Origin: Eledone cirrhosa
Taxonomy: Eukaryota
DNA: 64,000 nucleotides
Direction of reading: 5' to 3'
NCBI GenBank assembly: GCA_964016885.1
Contig: OZ024748.1
Span: 39,494,001 to 39,558,000, forward strand
The position numbers and the translations under genes were made by a program. The notes beneath the pieces are model-generated. The model ran no database searches. It saw only the letters and a program-made list of their open reading frames with translations, and had not been told where the DNA came from. Below, piece by piece: positions 1 through 15,000 of this stretch. The first letter of the stretch is position 1. Each line of letters opens with the position of its first letter.

Positions 1-3000
1 CATTACCATATTTCTAATGAAAGTCACTGTCTATGTCATTAACCCTTTCATTACCATATTTCTGATGAAAGACACTGTCTATGTCATTAACCCTTTCATT
101 ACCATATTTCTGAGACTGTCTATTTCATTAACCCTTTCATTACCATATTTCTAATGAAAGACACTGTCTATGTCATTAACCCTTTCATTACCATATTTCT
201 GAGACTGTCTATTTCATTAACCCTTTCATTACCATATTTTAATGAAAGTCACTGTCTATGTCATTAACCCTTTCATTACCATATTTCTAATGAAAGTCAC
301 TGTCTATGTCATTAACCCTTTCATTACCATATTTCTAATGAAAGTCACTGTCTATGTCATTAACCCTTTCATTACCATATTTCTAATGAAAGACACTGTC
401 TATGTCATTAACCCTTTCATTACCATATTTCTAATGAAAGTCACTGTCTATGTCATTAACCCTTTCATTACCATATTTCTAATGAAAGTCACTGTCTATG
501 TCATTAACCCTTTCATTACCATATTTCTAATGAAAGACTCTGTCTATGTCATTAACCCTTTCATTACAATATTTCTAATGAAAGTCACTGTCTATGTCAT
601 TAACCCTTTCATTACCATATTTCTAATGAAAGTCACTGTCTATGTCATTAACCCTTTCATTACAATATTTCTAATGAAAGTCACTGTCTATGTCATTAAC
701 CCTTTCATTACCATATTTCTAATGAAAGTCACTGTCTATGTCATTAGCCCTTTCATTACCATATTTCTAATGAAAGTCACTGTCTATGTCATTAACCCTT
801 TCATTACCATATTTCTAATGAAAGTCACTGTCTATGTCATTAACCCTTTCATTACCATATTTCTAATGAAAGTCACTGTCTATGTCATTAACCCTTTCAT
901 TACCATATTTCTAATGAAAGTCACTGTCTATTTCATTAACCCTTTCATTACCATATTTCTAATGAAAGACACTGTCTATGTCATTAACCCTTTCATTACC
1001 ATATTTCTAATGAAAGACACAGTCTATGTCATTAATCCTTTCATTACCATATTTCTAATGAAAGACACTGTCTATGTCATTAACCCTTTCATTACCATAT
1101 TTCTAATGAAAGACACTGTCTATTTCATTAACCCTTTCATTACCATATTTCTAATGAAAGACACTGTCTATGTCATTAACCCTTTCATTACCATATTTCT
1201 AATGAAAGTCACTGTCTATGTCATTAACCCTTTCATTACCATATTTCTAATGAAAGACACTGTCTATGTCATTAACCCTTTCATTACCATATTTCTAATG
1301 AAAGTCACTGTCTATGTCATTAACCCTTTCATTACCATATTTCTAATGAAAGTCACTGTCTATGTCATTAACCCTTTCATTACCATATTTCTAATGAAGG
1401 TCACTGTTTATGTCATTAACCCTGTCATTACCATATTTCTAATGAAAGTCACTGTCTATGTCATTAACCCTTTCATTACCATATTTCTAATGAAAGACAC
1501 TGTCTATGTCATTAACCCTTTCATTACCATATTTCTAATGAAAGTCACTGTCTATGTCATTAACCCTTTCATTACCATATTTCTAATGAAAGTCACTGTC
1601 TATGTCATTAACCCTTTCATTACCATATTTCTAATGAAAGTCACTGTTTATGTCATTAACCCTGTCATTACCATATTTCTAATGAAAGTCACTGTCTATG
1701 TCATTAACCTTTTCATTACCATATTTCTAATGAAAGACACTGTCTATGTCATTAACCCTTTCATTACCATATTTCTAATGAAAGTCACTGTCTATGTCAT
1801 TAACCCTTTCATTACCATATTTCTAATGAAAGTCACTGTTTATGTCATTAACCCTGTCATTACCATATTTCTAATGAAAGTCACTGTCTATGTCATTAAC
1901 CCTTTCATTACCATATTTCTAATGAAAGACACTGTCTATGTCATTAACACTTTCATTACCATATTTCTAATGAAAGTCACTGTCTATGTCATTAACCCTT
2001 TCATTACCATATTTCTAATGAAAGTCACTGTCTATGTCATTAACCCTTTCATTACCATATTTCTAATGAAAGTCACTGTTTATGTCATTAACCCTTTCAT
2101 TACCATATTTCTAATAAAAGACACTGTCTATGTCATTAACCCTTTCATTACCATATTTCTGAGACTGTCTATTTCATTAACCCTTTCATTACCATATTTT
2201 AATGAAAGTCACTGTCTATGTCATTAATCCTTTCATTACCATATTTCTAATGAAAGGCACTGTCTATGTCATTAACCCTTTCATTACGATATTTCTAATG
2301 AAAGTCACTGTCTATGTCATTAACCCTTTCATTACCATATTTCTAATGAAAGACACTGTCTATGTCATTAACCCTTTCATTACCATATTTCTGAGACTGT
2401 CTTTTTCATTAACCCTTTCATTACCATATTTCTAATGAAAGACACTGTCTATGTCATTAACCCTTTCATTACAATATTTCTAATGAAAGTCACTGTCTAT
2501 GTCATTAACCCGTTCATTACCATATTTCTAATGAAAGTCACTGTCTATGTCATTAACCCTTTCATTACCATATTTCTAATGAAAGTCACTGTCTATGTCA
2601 TTAACCCTTTCATTACCATATTTCTAATGAAAGTCACTGTCTATGTCATTAACCCTTTCATTACCATATTTCTAATGAAAGTCACTGTCTATGTCATTAA
2701 CCCTTTCATTACCATATTTCTAATGAAAGTCACTGTCTATGTCATTAACCCTTTCATTACCATATTTCTAATGAAGGTCACTGTTTATGTCATTAACCCT
2801 GTCATTACCATATTTCTAATGAAAGTCACTGTCTATGTCATTAACCTTTTCATTACCATATTTCTAATGAAAGACACTGTCTATGTCATTAACCCTTTCA
2901 TTACCATATTTCTAATGAAAGTCACTGTCTATGTCATTAACCCTTTCATTACCATATTTCTAATGAAAGTCACTGTTTATGTCATTAACCCTGTCATTAC

Positions 3001-6000
3001 CATATTTCTAATGAAAGTCACTGTCTATGTCATTAACCCTTTCATTACCATATTTCTAATGAAAGACACTGTCTATGTCATTAACACTTTCATTACCATA
3101 TTTCTAATGAAAGTCACTGTCTATGTCATTAACCCTTTCATTACCATATTTCTAATGAAAGTCACTGTCTATGTCATTAACCCTTTCATTACCATATTTC
3201 TAATGAAAGTCACTGTTTATGTCATTAACCCTGTCATTACCATATTTCTAATGAAAGTCACTGTCTATGTCATTAACCCTTTCATTACCATATTTCTAAT
3301 GAAAGACACTGTCTATGTCATTAACCCTTTCATTACCACATTTCTAATGAAAGTCACTGTCTATGTCATTAACCCTTTCATTACCATATTTCTAATGAAA
3401 GTCACTGTCTATGTCATTAACCCTTTCATTACCATATTTCTAATGAAAGTCACTGTCTATGTCATTAACCCTTTCATTACCATATTTCTAATGAAAGTCA
3501 CTGTTTATGTCATTAACCCTGTCATTACCATATTTCTAATGAAAGTCACTGTCTATGTCATTAACCCTTTCATTACCATATTTCTAATGAAAGACACTGT
3601 CTACGTCATTAACCCTTTCATTACCATATTTCTAATGAAAGTCACTGTCTATGTCATTAACCCTTTCATTACCATATTTCTAATGAAAGTCACTGTCTAT
3701 GTCATTAACCCTTTCATTACCATATTTCTAATGAAAGACACTGTCTATGTCATTAACCCTTTCATTACCTTATTTCTAATGAAAGTCACTGTCTATGTCA
3801 TTAACCCTTTCATTACCATATTTCTAATGAAAGACACTGTCTATGTCATTAACCCTTTCATTACCATATTTCTGAGACTGTCTATTTCATTAACCCTTTC
3901 ATTACCATATTTTAATGAAAGTCACTGTCTATGTCATTAATCCTTTCATTACCATATTTCTAATGAAAGGCACTGTCTATGTCATTAACCCTTTCATTAC
4001 CATATTTCTAATGAAAGTCACTGTCTATGTCATTAACCCTTTCATTACCATATTTCTGATGAAAGACACTGTCTATGTCATTAACCCTTTCATTACCATA
4101 TTTCTGAGACTGTCTATTTCATTAACCCTTTCATTACCATATTTCTAATGAAAGACACTGTCTATGTCATTAACCCTTTCATTACCATATTTCTGAGACT
4201 GTCTATTTCATTAACCCTTTCATTACCATATTTTAATGAAAGTCACTGTCTATGTCATTAACCCTTTCATTACCATATTTCTAATGAAAGTCACTGTCTA
4301 TGTCATTAACCCTTTCATTACCATATTTCTAATGAAAGTCACTGTCTATGTCATTAACCCTTTCATTACCATATTTCTAATGAAAGTCACTGTCTATGTC
4401 ATTAACCCTTTCATTACCATATTTCTAATGAAAGTCACTGTCTATTTCATTAACCCTTTCATTACCATATTTCTAATGAAAGACACTGTCTATGTCATTA
4501 ACCCTTTCATTACCATATTTCTAATGAAAGACACTGTTTATTTCATTAACCCTTTCATTACCATATTTCTAATGAAAGACACTGTCTATTTCATTAACCC
4601 TTTCATTACCATATTTCTAATGAAAGTCACTGTCTATGTCATTAACCCTTTCATTACCATATTTCTAATGAAAGTCACTGTCTATTTCATTAACCCTTTC
4701 ATTACCATATTTCTAATGAAAGACACTGTCTATGTCATTAACCCTTTCATTACCATATTTCTAATGAAAGACACAGTCTATGTCATTAATCCTTTCATTA
4801 CCATATTTCTAATGAAAGACACTGTCTATGTCATTAACCCTTTCATTACCATATTTCTAATGAAAGACACTGTCTATTTCATTAACCCTTTCATTACCAT
4901 ATTTCTAATGAAAGACACTGTCTATGTCATTAACCCTTTCATTACCATATTTCTAATGAAAGTCACTGTCTATGTCATTAACCCTTTCATTACCATATTT
5001 CTAATGAAAGACACTGTCTATGTCATTAACCCTTTCATTACCATATTTCTAATGAAAGTCACTGTCTATGTCATTAACCCTTTCATTACCATATTTCTAA
5101 TGAAAGTCACTGTCTATGTCATTAACCCTTTCATTACCATATTTCTAATGAAGGTCACTGTTTATGTCATTAACCCTGTCATTACCATATTTCTAATGAA
5201 AGTCACTGTCTATGTCATTAACCCTTTCATTACCATATTTCTAATGAAAGACACTGTCTATGTCATTAACCCTTTCATTACCATATTTCTAATGAAAGTC
5301 ACTGTCTATGTCATTAACCCTTTCATTACCATATTTCTAATGAAAGTCACTGTCTATGTCATTAACCCTTTCATTACCATATTTCTAATGAAAGTCACTG
5401 TTTATGTCATTAACCCTGTCATTACCATATTTCTAATGAAAGTCACTGTCTATGTCATTAACCTTTTCATTACCATATTTCTAATGAAAGACACTGTCTA
5501 TGTCATTAACCCTTTCATTACCATATTTCTAATGAAAGTCACTGTCTATGTCATTAACCCTTTCATTACCATATTTCTAATGAAAGTCACTGTTTATGTC
5601 ATTAACCCTGTCATTACCATATTTCTAATGAAAGTCACTGTCTATGTCATTAACCCTTTCATTACCATATTTCTAATGAAAGACACTGTCTATGTCATTA
5701 ACACTTTCATTACCATATTTCTAATGAAAGTCACTGTCTATGTCATTAACCCTTTCATTACCATATTTCTAATGAAAGTCACTGTCTATGTCATTAACCC
5801 TTTCATTACCATATTTCTAATGAAAGTCACTGTTTATGTCATTAACCCTTTCATTACCATATTTCTAATAAAAGACGCTGTCTATGTCATTAACCCTTTC
5901 ATTACCATATTTCTGAGACTGTCTATTTCATTAACCCTTTCATTACCATATTTTAATGAAAGTCACTGTCTATGTCATTAATCCTTTCATTACCATATTT

Positions 6001-9000
6001 CTAATGAAAGGCACTGTCTATGTCATTAACCCTTTCATTACGATATTTCTAATGAAAGTCACTGTCTATGTCATTAACCCTTTCATTACCATATTTCTAA
6101 TGAAAGACACTGTCTATGTCATTAACCCTTTCATTACCATATTTCTGAGACTGTCTATTTCATTAACCCTTTCATTACCATATTTCTAATGAAAGACACT
6201 GTCTATGTCATTAACCCTTTCATTACAATATTTCTAATGAAAGTCACTGTCTATGTCATTAACCCGTTCATTACCATATTTCTAATGAAAGTCACTGTCT
6301 ATGTCATTAACCCTTTCATTACCATATTTCTAATGAAAGTCACTGTCTATGTCATTAACCCTTTCATTACCATATTTCTAATGAAAGTCACTGTCTATGT
6401 CATTAACCCTTTCATTACCATATTTCTAATGAAAGTCACTGTCTATGTCATTAACCCTTTCATTACCATATTTCTAATGAAAGTCACTGTCTATGTCATT
6501 AACCCTTTCATTACCATATTTCTAATGAAGGTCACTGTTTATGTCATTAACCCTGTCATTACCATATTTCTAATGAAAGTCACTGTCTATGTCATTAACC
6601 TTTTCATTACCATATTTCTAATGAAAGACACTGTCTATGTCATTAACCCTTTCATTACCATATTTCTAATGAAAGTCACTGTCTATGTCATTAACCCTTT
6701 CATTACCATATTTCTAATGAAAGTCACTGTTTATGTCATTAACCCTGTCATTACCATATTTCTAATGAAAGTCACTGTCTATGTCATTAACCCTTTCATT
6801 ACCATATTTCTAATGAAAGACACTGTCTATGTCATTAACACTTTCATTACCATATTTCTAATGAAAGTCACTGTCTATGTCATTAACCCTTTCATTACCA
6901 TATTTCTAATGAAAGTCACTGTCTATGTCATTAACCCTTTCATTACCATATTTCTAATGAAAGTCACTGTTTATGTCATTAACCCTGTCATTACCATATT
7001 TCTAATGAAAGTCACTGTCTATGTCATTAACCCTTTCATTACCATATTTCTAATGAAAGACACTGTCTATGTCATTAACCCTTTCATTACCACATTTCTA
7101 ATGAAAGTCACTGTCTATGTCATTAACCCTTTCATTACCATATTTCTAATGAAAGTCACTGTCTATGTCATTAACCCTTTCATTACCATATTTCTAATGA
7201 AAGTCACTGTCTATGTCATTAACCCTTTCATTACCATATTTCTAATGAAAGTCACTGTTTATGTCATTAACCCTGTCATTACCATATTTCTAATGAAAGT
7301 CACTGTCTATGTCATTAACCCTTTCATTACCATATTTCTAATGAAAGACACTGTCTACGTCATTAACCCTTTCATTACCATATTTCTAATGAAAGTCACT
7401 GTCTATGTCATTAACCCTTTCATTACCATATTTCTAATGAAAGTCACTGTCTATGTCATTAACCCTTTCATTACCATATTTCTAATGAAAGACACTGTCT
7501 ATGTCATTAACCCTTTCATTACCTTATTTCTAATGAAAGTCACTGTCTATGTCATTAACCCTTTCATTACCATATTTCTAATGAAAGACACTGTCTATGT
7601 CATTAACCCTTTCATTACCATATTTCTGAGACTGTCTATTTCATTAACCCTTTCATTACCATATTTTAATGAAAGTCACTGTCTATGTCATTAATCCTTT
7701 CATTACCATATTTCTAATGAAAGGCACTGTCTATGTCATTAACCCTTTCATTACCATATTTCTAATGAAAGTCACTGTCTATGTCATTAACCCTTTCATT
7801 ACCATATTTCTGATGAAAGACACTGTCTATGTCATTAACCCTTTCATTACCATATTTCTGAGACTGTCTATTTCATTAACCCTTTCATTACCATATTTCT
7901 AATGAAAGACACTGTCTATGTCATTAACCCTTTCATTACCATATTTCTGAGACTGTCTATTTCATTAACCCTTTCATTACCATATTTTAATGAAAGTCAC
8001 TGTCTATGTCATTAACCCTTTCATTACCATATTTCTAATGAAAGTCACTGTCTATGTCATTAACCCTTTCATTACCATATTTCTAATGAAAGTCACTGTC
8101 TATGTCATTAACCCTTTCATTACCATATTTCTAATGAAAGTCACTGTCTATGTCATTAACCCTTTCATTACCATATTTCTAATGAAAGTCACTGTCTATT
8201 TCATTAACCCTTTCATTACCATATTTCTAATGAAAGACACTGTCTATGTCATTAACCCTTTCATTACCATATTTCTAATGAAAGACACTGTTTATTTCAT
8301 TAACCCTTTCATTACCATATTTCTAATGAAAGACACTGTCTATTTCATTAACCCTTTCATTACCATATTTCTAATGAAAGTCACTGTCTATTTCATTAAC
8401 CCTTTCATTACCATATTTCTAATGAAAGACACTGTCTATGTCATTAACCCTTTCATTACCATATTTCTAATGAAAGACACAGTCTATGTCATTAATCCTT
8501 TCATTACCATATTTCTAATGAAAGACACTGTCTATGTCATTAACCCTTTCATTACCATATTTCTAATGAAAGACACTGTCTATTTCATTAACCCTTTCAT
8601 TACCATATTTCTAATGAAAGACACTGTCTATGTCATTAACCCTTTCATTACCATATTTCTAATGAAAGTCACTGTCTATGTCATTAACCCTTTCATTACC
8701 ATATTTCTAATGAAAGACACTGTCTATGTCATTAACCCTTTCATTACCATATTTCTAATGAAAGTCACTGTCTATGTCATTAACCCTTTCATTACCATAT
8801 TTCTAATGAAAGTCACTGTCTATGTCATTAACCCTTTCATTACCATATTTCTAATGAAGGTCACTGTTTATGTCATTAACCCTGTCATTACCATATTTCT
8901 AATGAAAGTCACTGTCTATGTCATTAACCCTTTCATTACCATATTTCTAATGAAAGACACTGTCTATGTCATTAACCCTTTCATTACCATATTTCTAATG

Positions 9001-12000
9001 AAAGTCACTGTCTATGTCATTAACCCTTTCATTACCATATTTCTAATGAAAGTCACTGTCTATGTCATTAACCCTTTCATTACCATATTTCTAATGAAAG
9101 TCACTGTTTATGTCATTAACCCTGTCATTACCATATTTCTAATGAAAGTCACTGTCTATGTCATTAACCTTTTCATTACCATATTTCTAATGAAAGACAC
9201 TGTCTATGTCATTAACCCTTTCATTACCATATTTCTAATGAAAGTCACTGTCTATGTCATTAACCCTTTCATTACCATATTTCTAATGAAAGTCACTGTT
9301 TATGTCATTAACCCTGTCATTACCATATTTCTAATGAAAGTCACTGTCTATGTCATTAACCCTTTCATTACCATATTTCTAATGAAAGACACTGTCTATG
9401 TCATTAACACTTTCATTACCATATTTCTAATGAAAGTCACTGTCTATGTCATTAACCCTTTCATTACCATATTTCTAATGAAAGTCACTGTCTATGTCAT
9501 TAACCCTTTCATTACCATATTTCTAATGAAAGTCACTGTTTATGTCATTAACCCTGTCATTACCATATTTCTAATGAAAGTCACTGTCTATGTCATTAAC
9601 CCTTTCATTACCATATTTCTAATGAAAGACACTGTCTATGTCATTAACCCTTTCATTACCCTATTTCTAATGAAAGTCACTGTCTATGTCATTAACCCTT
9701 TCATTACCATATTTCTAATGAAAGTCACTGTCTATGTCATTAACCCTTTCATTACCATATTTCTAATGAAAGTCACTGTCTATGTCATTAACCCTTTCAT
9801 TACCATATTTCTAATGAAAGTCACTGTTTATGTCATTAACCCTGTCATTACCATATTTCTAATGAAAGTCACTGTCTATGTCATTAACCCTTTCATTACC
9901 ATATTTCTAATGAAAGACACTGTCTACGTCATTAACCCTTTCATTACCATATTTCTAATGAAAGTCACTGTCTATGTCATTAACCCTTTCATTACCATAT
10001 TTCTAATGAAAGTCACTGTCTATGTCATTAACCCTTTCATTACCATATTTCTAATGAAAGACACTGTCTATGTCATTAACCCTTTCATTACCATATTTCT
10101 AATGAAAGTCACTGTCTATGTCATTAACCCTTTCATTACCATATTTCTAATAAAAGACACTGTCTATGTCATTAACCCTTTCATTACCATATTTCTGAGA
10201 CTGTCTATTTCATTAACCCTTTCATTACCATATTTTAATGAAAGTCACTGTCTATGTCATTAATCCTTTCATTACCATATTTCTAATGAAAGGCACTGTC
10301 TATGTCATTAACCCTTTCATTACGATATTTCTAATGAAAGTCACTGTCTATGTCATTAACCCTTTCATTACCATATTTCTAATGAAAGACACTGTCTATG
10401 TCATTAACCCTTTCATTACCATATTTCTGAGACTGTCTATTTCATTAACCCTTTCATTACCATATTTCTAATGAAAGACACTGTCTATGTCATTAACCCT
10501 TTCATTACAATATTTCTAATGAAAGTCACTGTCTATGTCATTAACCCGTTCATTACCATATTTCTAATGAAAGTCACTGTCTATGTCATTAACCCTTTCA
10601 TTACCATATTTCTAATGAAAGTCACTGTCTATGTCATTAACCCTTTCATTACCATATTTCTAATGAAAGTCACTGTCTATGTCATTAACCCTTTCATTAC
10701 CATATTTCTAATGAAAGTCACTGTCTATGTCATTAACCCTTTCATTACCATATTTCTAATGAAAGTCTCTGTCTATGTCATTAACCCTTTCATTACCATA
10801 TTTCTAATGAAGGTCACTGTTTATGTCATTAACCCTGTCATTACCATATTTCTAATGAAAGTCACTGTCTATGTCATTAACCTTTTCATTACCATATTTC
10901 TAATGAAAGACACTGTCTATGTCATTAACCCTTTCATTACCATATTTCTAATAAAAGTCACTGTCTATGTCATTAACCCTTTCATTACCATATTTCTAAT
11001 GAAAGTCACTGTTTATGTCATTAACCCTGTCATTACCATATTTCTAATGAAAGTCACTGTCTATGTCATTAACCCTTTCATTACCATATTTCTAATGAAA
11101 GACACTGTCTATGTCATTAACACTTTCATTACCATATTTCTAATGAAAGTCACTGTCTATGTCATTAACCCTTTCATTACCATATTTCTAATGAAAGTCA
11201 CTGTCTATGTCATTAACCCTTTCATTACCATATTTCTAATGAAAGTCACTGTTTATGTCATTAACCCTGTCATTACCATATTTCTAATGAAAGTCACTGT
11301 CTATGTCATTAACCCTTTCATTACCATATTTCTAATGAAAGACACTGTCTATGTCATTAACCCTTTCATTACCACATTTCTAATGAAAGTCACTGTCTAT
11401 GTCATTAACCCTTTCATTACCATATTTCTAATGAAAGTCACTGTCTATGTCATTAACCCTTTCATTACCATATTTCTAATGAAAGTCACTGTCTATGTCA
11501 TTAACCCTTTCATTACCATATTTCTAATGAAAGTCACTGTTTATGTCATTAACCCTGTCATTACCATATTTCTAATGAAAGTCACTGTCTATGTCATTAA
11601 CCCTTTCATTACCATATTTCTAATGAAAGACACTGTCTACGTCATTAACCCTTTCATTACCATATTTCTAATGAAAGTCACTGTCTATGTCATTAACCCT
11701 TTCATTACCATATTTCTAATGAAAGTCACTGTCTATGTCATTAACCCTTTCATTACCATATTTCTAATGAAAGACACTGTCTATGTCATTAACCCTTTCA
11801 TTACCTTATTTCTAATGAAAGTCACTGTCTATGTCATTAACCCTTTCATTACCATATTTCTAATGAAAGACACTGTCTATGTCATTAACCCTTTCATTAC
11901 CATATTTCTGAGACTGTCTATTTCATTAACCCTTTCATTACCATATTTTAATGAAAGTCACTGTCTATGTCATTAATCCTTTCATTACCATATTTCTAAT

Positions 12001-15000
12001 GAAAGGCACTGTCTATGTCATTAACCCTTTCATTACCATATTTCTAATGAAAGTCACTGTCTATGTCATTAACCCTTTCATTACCATATTTCTGATGAAA
12101 GACACTGTCTATGTCATTAACCCTTTCATTACCATATTTCTGAGACTGTCTATTTCATTAACCCTTTCATTACCATATTTCTAATGAAAGACACTGTCTA
12201 TGTCATTAACCCTTTCATTACCATATTTCTGAGACTGTCTATTTCATTAACCCTTTCATTACCATATTTTAATGAAAGTCACTGTCTATGTCATTAACCC
12301 TTTCATTACCATATTTCTAATGAAAGTCACTGTCTATGTCATTAACCCTTTCATTACCATATTTCTAATGAAAGTCACTGTCTATGTCATTAACCCTTTC
12401 ATTACCATATTTCTAATGAAAGTCACTGTCTATGTCATTAACCCTTTCATTACCATATTTCTAATGAAAGTCACTGTCTATTTCATTAACCCTTTCATTA
12501 CCATATTTCTAATGAAAGACACTGTCTATGTCATTAACCCTTTCATTACCATATTTCTAATGAAAGACACTGTTTATTTCATTAACCCTTTCATTACCAT
12601 ATTTCTAATGAAAGACACTGTCTATTTCATTAACCCTTTCATTACCATATTTCTAATGAAAGACACTGTCTATTTCATTAACCCTTTCATTACCATATTT
12701 CTAATGAAAGACACTGTCTTTTTCATTAACCCTTTCATTACCATATTTCTAATGAAAGACACTGTCTTTTTCATTAAACCTTTCATTACCATATTTCTAA
12801 TGAAAGTCACTGTCTATGTCATTAACCCTTTCATTACCATATTTCTAATGAAAGTCACTGTCTATGTCATTAACCCTTTCATTACCATATTTCTAATGAA
12901 AGTCACTGTCTATGTCATTAACCCTTTCATTACCATATTTCTAATGAAAGTCACTGTCTATTTCATTAACCCTTTCATTACCATATTTCTAATGAAAGAC
13001 ACTGTCTATGTCATTAACCCTTTCATTACCATATTTCTAATGAAAGTCACTGTCTATGTCATTAACCCTTTCATTACCATATTTCTAATGAAAGACACAG
13101 TCTATGTCATTAATCCTTTCATTACCATATTTCTAATGAAAGTCACTGTCTATGTCATTAACCCTTTCATTACCATATTTCTAATGAAAGACACTGTCTA
13201 TATGATTAACCCTGTCATTACCATATTTCTAATGAAAGTTACTGTCTATGTCAGTAACCCTGTCATTACCATATTTCTAATGAAAGTCACTGTCTATGTC
13301 ATTAACCCTTTCATTACCATATTTCTAATGAAAGACACTGTCTATGTGATTAATCCTGTCATTACCATATTTCTAATGAAAGTCACTGTCTATGTCATTA
13401 ACCCTTTTATTACCATATTTCTAATGAAAGACACAGTCTATGTCATTAATCCTTTCATTACCATATTTCTAATGAAAGTCACTGTCTATGTCATTAACCC
13501 TTTCATTACCATATTTCTAATGAAAGTCACTCTCTACTTCATTAACCCTTTCATTACCATATTTCTAATGAAAGACACAGTCTATGTCATTAATCCTTTC
13601 ATTACCATATTTCTAATGAAAGTCACTGTCTATGTCATTAACCCTTTCATTACCATATTTCTAATGAAAGTCACTCTCTACTTCATTAACCCTTTCATTA
13701 CCATATTTCTAATGAAAGTCACTGTCTATGTCATTAATCCTTTCATTACCATATTTCTAATGAAAGTCACTCTCTACTTCATTAACCCTTTCATTACCAT
13801 ATTTCTAATGAAAGACACTGTCTATGTCATTAACCCTTTCATTACCATATTTCTAATGAAAGTCATTGTCTATGTCATTAACCCTTTCATTACCATATTT
13901 CTAATGAAAGACACAGTCTATGTCATTAATCCTTTCATTACCATATTTCTAATGAAAGACACTGTCTATGTCATTAACCCTTTCATTACCATATTTCTAA
14001 TGAAAGACACTGTCTATGTGATTAACCCTGTCATTACCATATTTCTAATGAAAGTCACTGTTTATGTCATTAACCCTGTCATTACCATATTTCTAATGAA
14101 AGTCACTGTCTATATCATTAACCCTTTCATTACCATATTTCTAATGAAAGACACTGTCTATGTCATTAACCCTTTCATTACCATATTTCTAATGAAAGTC
14201 ACTGTCTATGTCATTAACCCTTTCATTACCATATTTCTAATGAAAGTCACTGTCTATGTCATTAACCCTTTCATTACCATATTTCTAATGAAAATCACTG
14301 TTTATGTCATTAACCCTGTCATTACCATATTTCTAATGAAAGTCACTGTCTATGTCATTAACCCTTTCATTACCATATTTCTAATGAAAGACACTGTCTA
14401 TGTCATTAACCCTTTCATTACCATATTTCTAATGAAAGACACTGTCTATTTCATTAACCCTTTCATTACCATATTTCTAATGAAAGACACTGTCTATGTC
14501 ATTAACCCTTTCATTACCATATTTCTAATGAAAGACACTGTCTATGTCATTAACCCTTTCATTACCATATTTCTAATGAAAGTCACTGTCTATGTCATTA
14601 ACCCTTTCATTACCATATTTCTAATGAAAGACACTGTCTATGTGATTAACCCTGTCATTACCATATTTCTAATGAAAGTCACTGTTTATGTCATTAACCC
14701 TGTCATTACCATATTTCTAATGAAAGTCACTGTCTATGTCATTAACCCTTTCATTACCATATTTCTAATGAAAGACACTGTCTATGTCATTAACCCTTTC
14801 ATTACCATATTTCTAATGAAAGTCACTGTCTATGTCATTAACCCTTTCATTACCATATTTCTAATGAAAGTCACTGTATATGTCATTAACCCTGTCATTA
14901 CCATATTTCTAATGAAAGTCACTGTCTATGTCATTAACCCTTTCATTACCATATTTCTAATGAAAGACACTGTCTATGTCATTAACCCTTTCATTACCAT

